Shown here one piece after another: positions 9,815 to 19,440 of a DNA stretch of 64,000 bases. The notes under the pieces were generated by a model. It had not been told where the DNA came from, made no database searches, and saw only the letters and a program-made list of their open reading frames with translations. The translations under genes and the position numbers were made by a program. The stretch is from NCBI GenBank assembly GCA_900543305.1, contig UQQZ01000001.1:4083-68082 (forward strand), given 5' to 3'. The number at the start of each line of letters is the position of its first letter. Position 1 is the first letter of the stretch. The stretch is from an uncultured Oscillospiraceae bacterium. Its GTDB lineage: Bacteria > Bacillota > Clostridia > Oscillospirales > Acutalibacteraceae.

Positions 9815-9866
9815 TGAAAAAGTCATCCCCCCTGCGCGGTTGTCCTGCGCAAGGGGGATGATTCTA
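9815..9866. terminator. GC-rich hairpin acting as a bidirectional terminator between VanZ (+) and the aldo/keto reductase (-)
   Basis: TCATCCCCCCTGCGC ... GCGCAAGGGGGATGA. The minus-strand reading is followed by CTTTTTC. Confidence 0.55.
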
Positions 9867-10019
9867 TACTGTCGTTTTCCAAGGGGAGAAGCATTGGCAC
9901 TCCGGGATATTCTGGCAGCGGGCCAAAGAATTCCCCGCTGAATCGACAGGGAAAAACCACCGCTTCCCGTCAACCAGAGGGATTTAGCTTACAACACAAA
10001 AAGATTGTGATAGATTCCC

Positions 10020-11066
10020 TTACCTTCCCTGAATTTTCTGGCTGCCGGTTGACCAGACATGCTGTCCTTTGGCGGCGGCAGGAGTATTTTGTGCCATCAC
10101 ACCCACCAGCTTATGAGGAACGTAGGGCTCTTCCAGATAGGCAATTTCCTCCGGAGTCAAAGAGATCTCCACCGATTTGGCTGCCCCTTCGATATGGGAC
10201 AGCTTGGTGGCTCCTACCACAGGGGCAGTCACTTTTGTCAGCAGCCAGGCCAAGGCGATCTCCGTCATAGATACCCCGCGCTGTTCCGCCAATTCCGCTA
10301 CCCGGCGAATAATCACTCCATCTTGCTCTGCGGTGCTGTCATACTTGAATTTGGCGTAGCTGTCCTCTTCCAAGCGTTTGGAAGTTTCTCCGGGATGTTT
10401 GGAAAGCCTGCCTCCTGCCAGGGCACTGTAGGGTGTCATGGCAATGGAATCCTCTGCGCAGAGCTTTGCCATCTCTCGCTCTTCCTCTCGGAAAATCAAA
10501 TTGTAATGGCCCTGGATGGATACGAATTTCGAAAACCCTTCCTTTTCCGCCAGTGCGTTGGCCTTGGCCAACTGATAGGCAAAGCAGTTGGAAATGCCGA
10601 TATACCTGACTTTTCCTTCCTTGACAATCCGGTGCAATCCATCCATCACGTCGTACAAGGGCGTTTCATAGTCCCACATGTGGTAGATATACAGGTCTAC
10701 ATAATCCATTCCCAGATTTTTCAGGCTGGTATCGATCATCTGCTGAATGTGCTGTTGTCCCGTGATTCCCGCGGCAATTTCCTCCTGGGTCCGGGGCAGA
10801 AATTTGGTGGCGATCACCACATCCTCCCGTTTTGCAAAGTCCCGGACCGCTCTGCCCACATACTGTTCGCTGGTACCGCTTTGATATCCAATAGCCGTAT
10901 CAAAGAAGTTGACTCCCAGCTCCAGGCCTCGCCGGATGATTTCCCGGGAATGCTCTTCGTCCAGCGTCCAACTATGCTGGCCATTTTGAGGATCTCCAAA
11001 TCCCATGCATCCCATGCAGATCCGGGATACTGTCAGATCAGATGTGCCCAATTTCGTGTATTGCAT
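10020..11066 (-). CDS. Aldo/keto reductase
   Basis: MQYTKLGTSDLTVSRICMGCMGFG ... FFDTAIGY ... full-length AKR signature. Confidence 0.9.
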   Translation of the reverse strand: MQYTKLGTSDLTVSRICMGCMGFGDPQNGQHSWTLDEEHSREIIRRGLELGVNFFDTAIGYQSGTSEQYVGRAVRDFAKREDVVIATKFLPRTQEEIAAGITGQQHIQQMIDTSLKNLGMDYVDLYIYHMWDYETPLYDVMDGLHRIVKEGKVRYIGISNCFAYQLAKANALAEKEGFSKFVSIQGHYNLIFREEEREMAKLCAEDSIAMTPYSALAGGRLSKHPGETSKRLEEDSYAKFKYDSTAEQDGVIIRRVAELAEQRGVSMTEIALAWLLTKVTAPVVGATKLSHIEGAAKSVEISLTPEEIAYLEEPYVPHKLVGVMAQNTPAAAKGQHVWSTGSQKIQGR

Positions 11067-11078
11067 TTCTTTTCCTCC

Positions 11079-11516
11079 CTATTCCAATCCATCGTAGGTT
11101 TCATCCTCCACTGGTTCCAGCCATTGATTGGAGGTTTCCACGCCGGGAACCTCTACCGCAATATGGGAAAACCAGCTGTCTTTTTTCGCTCCATGCCAGT
11201 GTTTCACATTGGCGGGGATGGTGATGACCATGCCAGGGATTAAGCTCACCGGCTTCTTTCCCTCCTCCTGGTACCACCCCTCCCCTGCGGTGCAAATGAG
11301 TATCTGTCCCCCTCCCTCACTGGCTCGGTGAATATGCCAGTGATTCCGGCAACCTGGTTCAAAGGTCACATTGGCCAAGGAAACTGGACATTGTCCCTTT
11401 TCGGTAAGGGGGTTCAAGTAGGAATATCCGGTAAAATATTGGGCATATGCCGTATTGGCTTGTCCCAGGCCAAAAATGTTCTCTTTATGAAAAGCGCTGG
11501 AATCGTTGATTCGCAT
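11079..11516 (-). CDS. Cupin-domain protein
   Basis: Trimmed to the ATG at 11516, with an AAGGAGAA SD 6 nt upstream. Cupin motifs GCRNHWHIH and PANVKHWHGA. Confidence 0.8.
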   Translation of the reverse strand: MRINDSSAFHKENIFGLGQANTAYAQYFTGYSYLNPLTEKGQCPVSLANVTFEPGCRNHWHIHRASEGGGQILICTAGEGWYQEEGKKPVSLIPGMVITIPANVKHWHGAKKDSWFSHIAVEVPGVETSNQWLEPVEDETYDGLE

Positions 11517-11717
11517 TTGAATTTCTCCTTGTAAAAGTGATCCGGTATTGTCCTCCAGGAGTTCTCCCAATAACGCCTGTCCAAGATCCCGTTGAGAAAA
11601 CGGCCCTTTTTTGAAACAAGGGGTGAAATCATTTGGCCAGCGTGGTATGATGATAATCATCTACTAGGAGCGGCTTGTGATAAACATACTGCTCAGAGAA
11701 AACTCTTGGGGGAGTGA

Positions 11718-12689
11718 ATGATTGTGATAGAAGTGGTATTTTCGGAAAATGCTCAAGGCAGTCTGAAACTGGCCCAGCATTTTGGTGTTGACAAATATCT
11801 TGGAGGCGCTGTTAGTGTTATTATAAGACACGCCGATGGGAGAGAAGCCACTGCAGCTGAACGGAAAGCTGCCCTAGAAAAAGCAAAGGCCAGGGAAAAA
11901 CACGAATGGGAAACTGCCATCCCCTTGGGGGGAAATCCACAAGATGTACTCTGTCTCAACGCCGCCTGGAGCATGGGAGACATTTCGGAGCTACAAATCG
12001 GAGAAGGCCGTAAAAATGCCCTGGAACAGCTCTATTCTTTCTGGCCCTCGGGCGAGGACATTCCCCAGAAAATTGAAGAGAGACTCTGGGCCAACCGGAA
12101 TACCCTCCAAACAGTATTGGATCGCTCTTCAAAAGGAGAGGCCATTCGGATCTGGTACAGCCACAGCCCTGAGGAATTGTGCGGCTTTACTTGGCTATTG
12201 ACGCAGCTCTCTTCCCTGAAAAGTCACGGGCCTATCTACAGCGTCCTGCTGCCCGACTGGGAATACGGGGAGGAAAACACCGTTGTCAGTTATAGGGATT
12301 GGGGAGAAATGTCTCCGGGAAAATGGGGCCATTTTCTTTCCCTGCAGCAGCAGGTCCAACCTGCTCTCCTGACCGCCTGCGCCATGGAATGGAAAAAACT
12401 CCAAAGGGAGAACGCCCCTTTACGGATTTTCCTCAACGGTTCCCTTCAAAGCGCTCCGGAAACCATTTACGACAGTTTTATCCGACAGGAACTGGAAGCC
12501 CAGCCCCAGGAGTTTTCCGAGGCCATGGCTATCGGCCAGATTCTGGGAAGGCATCCTCTGGGCATCGGCGCCGACTGGATCGCACTGCGAATCCAGCAAT
12601 GGATCCACCAGGGGAAGATGGAAGTCCTTTCCACTCCGGATCCGGATCAATTCCAGTATCAGCAAACCCTTCGGAAACTGGGATGGTAA
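11718..12689 (+). CDS. DUF1835/DUF3658-domain protein
   Basis: The N-terminus VVFSENAQGSLKLAQ and the IRIWYSHSPEELCGF pattern are typical of DUF1835. The C-terminal half is DUF3658-like. Confidence 0.6.
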   Translation: MIVIEVVFSENAQGSLKLAQHFGVDKYLGGAVSVIIRHADGREATAAERKAALEKAKAREKHEWETAIPLGGNPQDVLCLNAAWSMGDISELQIGEGRKNALEQLYSFWPSGEDIPQKIEERLWANRNTLQTVLDRSSKGEAIRIWYSHSPEELCGFTWLLTQLSSLKSHGPIYSVLLPDWEYGEENTVVSYRDWGEMSPGKWGHFLSLQQQVQPALLTACAMEWKKLQRENAPLRIFLNGSLQSAPETIYDSFIRQELEAQPQEFSEAMAIGQILGRHPLGIGADWIALRIQQWIHQGKMEVLSTPDPDQFQYQQTLRKLGW

Positions 12690-12749
12690 AAGACAGCAAA
12701 CCAAACCTCAATCTACGCTCCAAAAAATCAGGTGTCCCCTACCTCTGCC

Positions 12750-13511
12750 TTATTCCTGAGCAAGGAGATCCTTGCAGGCATTGAGGGCATTGAACAGTCG
12801 GGGAATTCCCATGTAAGCGCCGGCGTGAACCAGAGCACATACCACTTCCTCTTTCGTGCTGCCTGTCTTTAGGGCACCGTCCACATGGCTCTTCACCTGG
12901 ACTTCGGCCCCTCCCATAGAAGCCAGCAGGACCACCGTCAGCAATTCTCTTGTCTTGCCGTCCAGACCACTGCGGGTATTGAAATCTCCAAAGCAAAACT
13001 CTGTCAGGAACCGGGGTACTGCCTGGGCAAATTCACCGGGCAAGTAGGCATACCGGTCAGCGATTTCATTGCCGTAAATGGGAGCTTGCAGCGCCAATCC
13101 CTTTTCGTACCGGTCTTCCGGATTGGTCACCGTTCCCTGCTTTGGCAAAGGCAACTGGATTCCGTTTTCAGTAAACACTTCGTTCATGGTGCTGATAGCG
13201 TTGAGGGTCTTGGGGAATCCAATAAAGGGAGCGCATTGGTATACGGCTTCCCGGATTTCCACCGGCGTGCATCCCACATTCAATCCAGCCTGCACATGGG
13301 CCTTCAACTGAGGCAGTGTGTTCAGAGACGTGAGGATGGTGATGGTAATCAATTCACGCATCCGATTGTCCAAGCTGCCGGTATAGCACAGATCCCCAAA
13401 AATATAGCCCTGCAAAATCTGCATAAATTCCGGGTCGGTCCCCTGCTCTCCGGCTGCGGGGGTATGAAACAATTCCTGTACTTTCTCTTCTGTTCTCTCT
13501 CTTCTATTCAT
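12750..13511 (-). CDS. Carboxymuconolactone decarboxylase (CMD) family protein with two CMD repeats
   Basis: Trimmed to the ATG at 13511, which has an AAAGGAGAG SD. Two AhpD-like CMD segments are present (LKAHVQAGLNVGCTPVEIREAVYQCAPFIGFP and VKSHVDGALKTGSTKEEVVCALVHAGAYMGIP). Confidence 0.8.
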   Translation of the reverse strand: MNRRERTEEKVQELFHTPAAGEQGTDPEFMQILQGYIFGDLCYTGSLDNRMRELITITILTSLNTLPQLKAHVQAGLNVGCTPVEIREAVYQCAPFIGFPKTLNAISTMNEVFTENGIQLPLPKQGTVTNPEDRYEKGLALQAPIYGNEIADRYAYLPGEFAQAVPRFLTEFCFGDFNTRSGLDGKTRELLTVVLLASMGGAEVQVKSHVDGALKTGSTKEEVVCALVHAGAYMGIPRLFNALNACKDLLAQE

Positions 13512-13531
13512 TATTCTCTCTCCTTTTCCCC

Positions 13532-14005
13532 TTAAAAGTTTTCCGCCCACTGACGCAGTTCCTGGTCCGAGGGGGTTCCATGGAACAGCCGTCCATTTAC
13601 AAGCTTTGCACCAGGACAGCTGGATGCCAGATCTTCCGCAGTTTTTCCCAAACCGCTGCCGCCTGACGTGGCAAATAAAATCACGGTTTTCCCTGTAAAA
13701 TCACAGCTCTCCAAAAAAGTGCGAACAATGGTGGGGGCTGTGTACCACCAAATGGGAAACCCCAAGAAAATCTTTTTATAGGGCGCCAGATCCAGTTGGC
13801 AGTTCTCAAGCTCCGGACGGGAAAACGGATCCTTCATCTCCAGAGAACTGCGAGACTGTTTGTTTTGCCAGTTTAAGTCCGCAGGCGTATAGGGCACCGC
13901 AGGCTTGATTTCATACAGATCGCCATCGATAGCCGAGGCAAGCTTTTCAGCGATGCGTTTTGTTGTCCCACTGGCAGAGAAAAAGACCACTAACATTTTA
14001 CTCAT
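13532..14005 (-). CDS. Flavodoxin
   Basis: MLVVFFSASGTTKRIAEKLA ... FPIWWYTAP motifs. Confidence 0.85.
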   Translation of the reverse strand: MSKMLVVFFSASGTTKRIAEKLASAIDGDLYEIKPAVPYTPADLNWQNKQSRSSLEMKDPFSRPELENCQLDLAPYKKIFLGFPIWWYTAPTIVRTFLESCDFTGKTVILFATSGGSGLGKTAEDLASSCPGAKLVNGRLFHGTPSDQELRQWAENF

Positions 14006-14177
14006 CCGATTCGCCCTCCTTACAGGTTACTGTACAAGACTACTTGACCATTTCCCGGGAAAAGCTCCCTGGACGAGAACTTGTTCCGGATTCTGATCCT
14101 ATTATAATGCAAGAGCTTCTCCCTGTATAATACCTATTTCTTATCCCATATCATGCCTTGATTGCATGATATGACTC

Positions 14178-14218
14178 TAAAACGAGGTCCCGTAGTTAGC
14201 TGCATCTAACTACGGGAC
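14178..14218 (-). terminator. Rho-independent terminator of the trypco2/HExxH operon
   Basis: Perfect 13-bp inverted repeat GTCCCGTAGTTAG / CTAACTACGGGAC (14187..14199 and 14206..14218) with a 6-nt loop. It is followed on the minus strand by CTCGTTTTAG. Confidence 0.7.
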
Positions 14219-14270
14219 AGAAACTTTCAAGGATGCTTGGAAAACACAGCACAAGTTCCAGCATTTGGCT

Positions 14271-15698
14271 CTATTTCTTCTTTTTTGAGGGAACCAGAAC
14301 CATACACGGCAGTTTTTTGGAAATGTGCCTGAGTTTGCGATTAAACTGCTCACAACAGAAAGAAAGGTAATGATAGGAGGGCTGATCCAGGTCATTGGGA
14401 ATGGACACTTCTATCTGCCGATGGGATCCATTGCCTGCCTTCCCCATTACCAGTTGATGGTAGTACTCGTGGACATTCCGCAAGAAGAAATACTCCTCAC
14501 AGTTTGTTCGAAAGATGGAACGGGACCCATTCTGAAAGACGATATCTATCAGCTTTTGCGGCGTAAAAGATGCTGAAAGAAAATGGAATGACATCAGCCT
14601 GTCGTTCTGAAAAAGGCGCTGGGCATCCAGAAATGCCTTTTCTTTACAATTTGAGCTTACCTGTTTCCATGGCTTAAAAAAGGATCCCTGTCTTTGGAGC
14701 ATTCTGCTGTCTTCCCATGGAGACGACAGACCACACCACCGAACCAATTCCATTTGGTAGCGGCTGTAGTCTTCCAGATGTCGGGGAGGTCGAATTTTCT
14801 GGGTCATGACAATCATGGCGGTAAACCTTGTCATAGGATCAAACAGAGGATGACGATAAAAGGGAAGCATAGGCGCGTTCAAGGCCAAATCACAGATAGC
14901 GAAAAATCCCAGCTTAAAGGACATAAAGTCCTCGGGATTTTGGAGATCGAATTGATGAGTTTTCCAGTAAAGCTGTAAAGGAACCAGATAATTGGCTTTT
15001 TCCCTGGTCAGCTGCTGGGGCTTCATCATCGCACAAAACGCCTCGTCTGCAACAGAATCAAAAAAATACTGGGTGAGATGAGCTTGGCTCTCCAAAATGG
15101 AGGAAACATTGATTTGAAGGCCGTCGTTCATAAATGAAGCCGCTAAAAGCTGTTTGGCTATCTGTGGGTCCACCTCCGGGGATAAAAAATCAGCCCTTAG
15201 CTTCTTAGGAATATGGGAAAGCCTACTTAAAAAAAGGTCCAGCTCTCCATAATAATCCAGAAAACCATTGCCTTTCATGATTCGGCACAGGTATTCGGTC
15301 AGCTCATCAAAGGTTCCTGTCAATTGGATCCTGACAATTTCCCCCAGAGCCCAATCGTAATAATATGTATTTTCCTTTGGCAAACCGTTTCTTGCCATAA
15401 TTTGATGGACAACACCATAGGGATCCACCTTATCTTCAAGGCAGCAATTCACCAGGGATACCATCGCATTTCTTTGAAATGTTTCCACCAGGTTCATGTA
15501 ATAGCCAAAAATCGTGGTTGCGTACTGAATGAGATGGCAATGTTCATGGAGCAATGACCGCAATGGAGGGGACAGAATCCCTTCTGTTTCATGGAGCATA
15601 AAACTCTCGTTTAGTTCTTCTTTCGTGCAAGCTAGGTCTATCTGATAAACAAAGCTGTCAAAGGTTGACCGCACGGAATCGCCCACTTTAGGATCCAC
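14271..15698 (-). CDS. Uncharacterised protein of about 476 aa with a single HExxH (LLHEHCHLIQ) motif; putative metallopeptidase-like effector
   Basis: ORF 14271..15776 (TTG) trimmed to the GTG at 15698, which lies 9 nt after GGAGG. I recognise no family beyond the HExxH motif. The gene overlaps the trypco2 gene by 11 nt. Confidence 0.6.
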   Translation of the reverse strand: MDPKVGDSVRSTFDSFVYQIDLACTKEELNESFMLHETEGILSPPLRSLLHEHCHLIQYATTIFGYYMNLVETFQRNAMVSLVNCCLEDKVDPYGVVHQIMARNGLPKENTYYYDWALGEIVRIQLTGTFDELTEYLCRIMKGNGFLDYYGELDLFLSRLSHIPKKLRADFLSPEVDPQIAKQLLAASFMNDGLQINVSSILESQAHLTQYFFDSVADEAFCAMMKPQQLTREKANYLVPLQLYWKTHQFDLQNPEDFMSFKLGFFAICDLALNAPMLPFYRHPLFDPMTRFTAMIVMTQKIRPPRHLEDYSRYQMELVRWCGLSSPWEDSRMLQRQGSFFKPWKQVSSNCKEKAFLDAQRLFQNDRLMSFHFLSASFTPQKLIDIVFQNGSRSIFRTNCEEYFFLRNVHEYYHQLVMGKAGNGSHRQIEVSIPNDLDQPSYHYLSFCCEQFNRKLRHISKKLPCMVLVPSKKKK

Positions 15699-16044
15699 GA
15701 GGATCCCCCTCCATTTCGGGGAACCTTCCACTGGACCGCTGACTCCTGGCGGGCGAGAATAGATTATCTTCGTCAAAATTGGGCAGGCAGGTCACGTCAA
15801 ATTTCAGTTTGATGGTTTGGGATTTTTTGGAAACAGAGGAAAGGTCTGTTTCCCCATTGAAAAGAGGAATGCCAATCTTCAATTTTCCGCTTGCATCTTG
15901 TTGGATCACAGTGGTCAGTTCAATCTCCATACCCGAGGTCTGAAAGAGAATCGGAGCACCCTCTTGTTCTCTCCGGTCTTCGGACTGAATCAATTCCCGT
16001 TGTACGGACCGTAAAATCTCACTCAACGGCAGAAAAGTTTCCAT
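15688..16044 (-). CDS. Trypco2-family (trypsin co-occurring domain 2) small protein
   Basis: LSEILRSVQRELIQSE...APILFQTSGMEIELTTVIQQDASGKLKIGIPLFNGETDLSS...SQTIKLKF follows the trypco2 pattern: an N-terminal helix, F..xxxEhEh, a G-rich turn and a terminal hKLxF. SD GGAAAGGGGAAA lies upstream of the ATG at 16044. Confidence 0.7.
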   Translation of the reverse strand: METFLPLSEILRSVQRELIQSEDRREQEGAPILFQTSGMEIELTTVIQQDASGKLKIGIPLFNGETDLSSVSKKSQTIKLKFDVTCLPNFDEDNLFSPARSQRSSGRFPEMEGDPRGS

Positions 16045-16509
16045 GACTTGTTTCCCCTTTCCAATCCATTCTATCTCTTCCCCCTGCCCCAGCCAATTCC
16101 GCTTTCCTCACAAGATATACGGAAAAACATGAATCGGGGCAATTTAGAGAGATGTAGGTGTAAAACTTCCCGTTCGAACATCATCCGGGCTTTTTTCTAG
16201 TGGATCATCAATAAGGCATCAATTTTCGTATCTAACCGTTATATAGAATTTATTTGCTAAGAAAACTCTAGATATTAAATTCATATTAAATATAACATAA
16301 ATACCAAGCAATTGCAAACCATGCGAAGTGTCCCCTCGGACCGATATCGAACCACCGGAATGAAGCATGCCTTCAGCACTGCTGATTCTCTGGAAAGGCC
16401 TGATTCCTGTTCTCTCCAACTTCACGGTTTGCTGTATTGAATTTGTAACACAATATTCTTCATGGAATCACTTTTCCATATTTTTTCTCCACCAGATCCA
16501 TTTTCGATT

Positions 16510-17082
16510 TTAAGAATACCGGTCAATTTTCTGCTGGATTTCCTCTGAGGTAATTTCACGAGGAACATGATCCACAAACTCGGTGCCGTACCAGGTGGTA
16601 TAACCATCCCAGGTATAGGAATCCGGATCCCATCCCGAGTTGTACCCTTCTTTGGTCGACCTGGCAGAAAATTGGTAGCGGTCGGTCCACAAAGCTGTCA
16701 GGTGGAGTCGAATTCCGGGACGGTATCCCAGCTCCCAATTGTGCTCGTTTGGCCGCTCTTCTTCAAAAAGCTCAAATAGCTCCTGGATAAATTCCTCGTC
16801 CCGGACAATGGGCTGTAACTGGGAGAGAATCCCATAGGCGGTTTCTTCATCAAAACCAAATCGATATACGGTAATCGCCACCCCAGCCTCATAAGTAAAT
16901 TGACAGGTTACTACAGAAAGAGGATATTTGCTGCGAACCTTGGTTTCGAATTCTTTCATGCCGGAAAGGGTCAGGGGGCGGTACCAGATGCACCCCGAAA
17001 GGCTGACAGCCAAAAGCAGGGTCATTCCAAGCAACCAGGCTACCCGGAGAACGGTTCCTCTTCGCCGAAAACACTTTGTCAT
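16510..17082 (-). CDS. Lipoprotein of unknown function
   Basis: Trimmed to the ATG at 17082. Signal peptide plus lipobox: LLLAVSLSGC. No canonical terminator lies between it and the helicase gene 99 nt upstream. Confidence 0.65.
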   Translation of the reverse strand: MTKCFRRRGTVLRVAWLLGMTLLLAVSLSGCIWYRPLTLSGMKEFETKVRSKYPLSVVTCQFTYEAGVAITVYRFGFDEETAYGILSQLQPIVRDEEFIQELFELFEEERPNEHNWELGYRPGIRLHLTALWTDRYQFSARSTKEGYNSGWDPDSYTWDGYTTWYGTEFVDHVPREITSEEIQQKIDRYS

Positions 17083-17181
17083 CCTGCAATCGCTCCTTTC
17101 CGTCTTCTTTCTCCGGTTTCCTAGACCCACTAGGGTCTTTCCCGCCCAGAGAAAATTCCCGTCCGCAGAAGAGATCAGTAG

Positions 17182-19440
17182 TCAAACTGGAGGTCGCGCC
17201 GGCCCTGAAGGAATATCTATCCAGCTTTGTACCCGGTGCTTCATACCTTCCACATCCAGCACACCCAAGGCAAACCCCTTGCGTACCAGCTCTTCCGGCA
17301 CAAACTCATCATACTTCTCAAAAACAGGCACCTCTTTGGGGTACACCAGTTCCAAAGGGTCAAAATCTTTAGCGGCTTCTTCCGCCACAATCCGGTAGAA
17401 ATCCTCCTCGCCCACCTTCATGGTAAACTGAAGATAGTAAGGCCGGGCAGGGCTCATGCCTCTGAGCCCCAGCCTTTTTCCACAGCGAATTTTCAAAAAA
17501 CGCTCCAAAGCCAAAAAAGCGTAGCTTCCCAACCAGGGGAACAGGGCCCACATATTCCCTCCAAGATGCACCAGCGGGTGACCTTCCATTCCGGAATTTT
17601 GAAAACTGACTCGGGCATCCTCCAGCCGGCACACTGCATGCTTCATCAGGTAAGGATACTGTTTCTGCTCCTGCAATACCCTGTACATTCGTTCCAGGAT
17701 GTGGGTATGGATGTCTCCCGGCACATCCCCAAAGTATGCCGGAATATTGCCTTTTACCAGTGTGCAGTAGACCTCTCGTTTCTGGTGATCCACCTCATCC
17801 ACCGCCCAGACTCTGCCGGCAATGGCGATTTTATCCCCAACAGGCGGCGGCTTAACAATGGTCCCCAGCTCCTCGGAACCTGTGCGGACGGAATACTCGA
17901 TATTCTCCCGGAAAACCGCGTAAAACTTGTAGTTGTTCACAACCCGCTCTCCCGCAAGACCCACAATCAAACCACCATTTTCCGTCTGCGCAATGTGATC
18001 GATTTCCAGCAAGTGCCGAAGAAGGATTCTGTAATCTTCCTGGGTGATCCGATGGAAACAGGACAGACTGAGCACCCGAGAGGCAAGTTCTCCCGGTGTC
18101 ATCTCGCCGCAGGAAGCCAGTGTGCTCATGGTCTGGTGATACAGCAGACTAAAGGGCAGCCGACCTGTCCGGGGAGGTTCCACAAAGCGTTCCTCCAGAT
18201 ACAGCTGCACCAGGGCAATTCCCTGAATCAAATACCAGGGAATCATGTCAGGCAGCATGGCACGGGGTTCCGGGTGATCTTCCCGCATGACAAACCACAT
18301 TTCCGAAGGGTCGCCCCGCCTGCCGGTCCGGCCCATCCGCTGCAAAAAGCCGGATACCGTAAAAGGAGCGTCTATCTGAAAGGCCCGTTCCAGTCTGCCG
18401 ATGTCAATGCCCAACTCCAAGGTGGCGGTGGCACAGACGGACATCAGGGAATCGTCATCCTTCATCTCCACCTCCGCGCTTTCCCGATAAGAGGCGGAAA
18501 GGTTCCCATGATGGATGAGAAACCGGTCAGGCTCGTGGTTGACTTCACAATATTGTCTCAGGCTTTGACATACAGCTTCACACTCTTCCCGGGAATTGGT
18601 GAAGACAAGACATTTCTTGCCCCGGGTGTGCTCAAAAATGTATCCGATGCCCGGGTCCGCCGCTTTAGGAGCAGTGTCCCCCGGAGGTTCCAGCAGAGGA
18701 GCATGGGGCACATTCAGCTTACCCTCATCTGCCTGGGGGGCCGTATTAAAAAAATGCTCCATGGAAAGCCGCCACACCTCCCTGCCCCCTTCGCAGGCGG
18801 GAATCCTGGTTGGGCGGCTGCCCCCGGAGGCCAGAAACTTTCCCGCAGCCTCCGGATTGCCGATGGTGGCCGACAATCCAATCCGCCTGGGATCACATCC
18901 GGCGGTCCTGCACATCCGCTGAATCAGGCAAAAGGTCTGCATTCCCCGATCTCCTCGCAGCAGAGAGTGAATCTCATCGATGACCACAAACCGCAAGTCC
19001 CCAAACAAGGCGGCAATCTCCATATGCTTGTTGATCATCAAGGACTCCAGGGATTCCGGAGTGATCTGCAATATGCCCCGGGGTTTTTGCAGCAGTTTCC
19101 GCTTTTGAGACTGGGCCACGTCTCCATGCCAGCGGGTGACAGGGATCCCCGCCTCCTGACACAACTGGGAAAGCCTGCCAAACTGGTCGTTGATCAGGGC
19201 TTTCAACGGAGCGATATACAATACTCCCACGCTTTTGGGAGGATCCTCGTCCAGCAAAGTCAGGATGGGGAAAAAAGCTGCCTCGGTTTTTCCGGACGCC
19301 GTAGACGCCGTCAGAAGCACATTGTCATCGCTGCCGAAAATGGCCTCCCCGGCAGCGTTCTGCACCCCACGCAACGCCTGCCAACCGGAGCGGTAAATGT
19401 AATCCTGGATAAATGGCGCGTACCGATCATAGATGTTCAT
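17182..19440 (-). CDS. sngC: Lhr-like DEAD/DEAH-box (SF2) helicase; Shango SngC-like
   Basis: Motif I TASTASGKTEAAF, motif II VVIDEIHS, motif III LSATIGN, HHGNLS, TATLELGIDIG, and motif VI QRMGRTGRR. Its start overlaps the upstream stop (ATGA, 19437..19440). Confidence 0.85.
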   Translation of the reverse strand: MNIYDRYAPFIQDYIYRSGWQALRGVQNAAGEAIFGSDDNVLLTASTASGKTEAAFFPILTLLDEDPPKSVGVLYIAPLKALINDQFGRLSQLCQEAGIPVTRWHGDVAQSQKRKLLQKPRGILQITPESLESLMINKHMEIAALFGDLRFVVIDEIHSLLRGDRGMQTFCLIQRMCRTAGCDPRRIGLSATIGNPEAAGKFLASGGSRPTRIPACEGGREVWRLSMEHFFNTAPQADEGKLNVPHAPLLEPPGDTAPKAADPGIGYIFEHTRGKKCLVFTNSREECEAVCQSLRQYCEVNHEPDRFLIHHGNLSASYRESAEVEMKDDDSLMSVCATATLELGIDIGRLERAFQIDAPFTVSGFLQRMGRTGRRGDPSEMWFVMREDHPEPRAMLPDMIPWYLIQGIALVQLYLEERFVEPPRTGRLPFSLLYHQTMSTLASCGEMTPGELASRVLSLSCFHRITQEDYRILLRHLLEIDHIAQTENGGLIVGLAGERVVNNYKFYAVFRENIEYSVRTGSEELGTIVKPPPVGDKIAIAGRVWAVDEVDHQKREVYCTLVKGNIPAYFGDVPGDIHTHILERMYRVLQEQKQYPYLMKHAVCRLEDARVSFQNSGMEGHPLVHLGGNMWALFPWLGSYAFLALERFLKIRCGKRLGLRGMSPARPYYLQFTMKVGEEDFYRIVAEEAAKDFDPLELVYPKEVPVFEKYDEFVPEELVRKGFALGVLDVEGMKHRVQSWIDIPSGPARPPV

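Noticed and set aside
16325-16370. tRNA-like T-arm motif (minus-strand CCGGTGGTTCGATATCGGTCC) in the AT-rich spacer.
   Set aside because: I could not fold a complete cloverleaf. There is no matching acceptor stem or anticodon arm, and the T-loop is one nucleotide too long. At best it is a fragment, which I mention as a possible scar. A tRNA/tmRNA scan would settle it.
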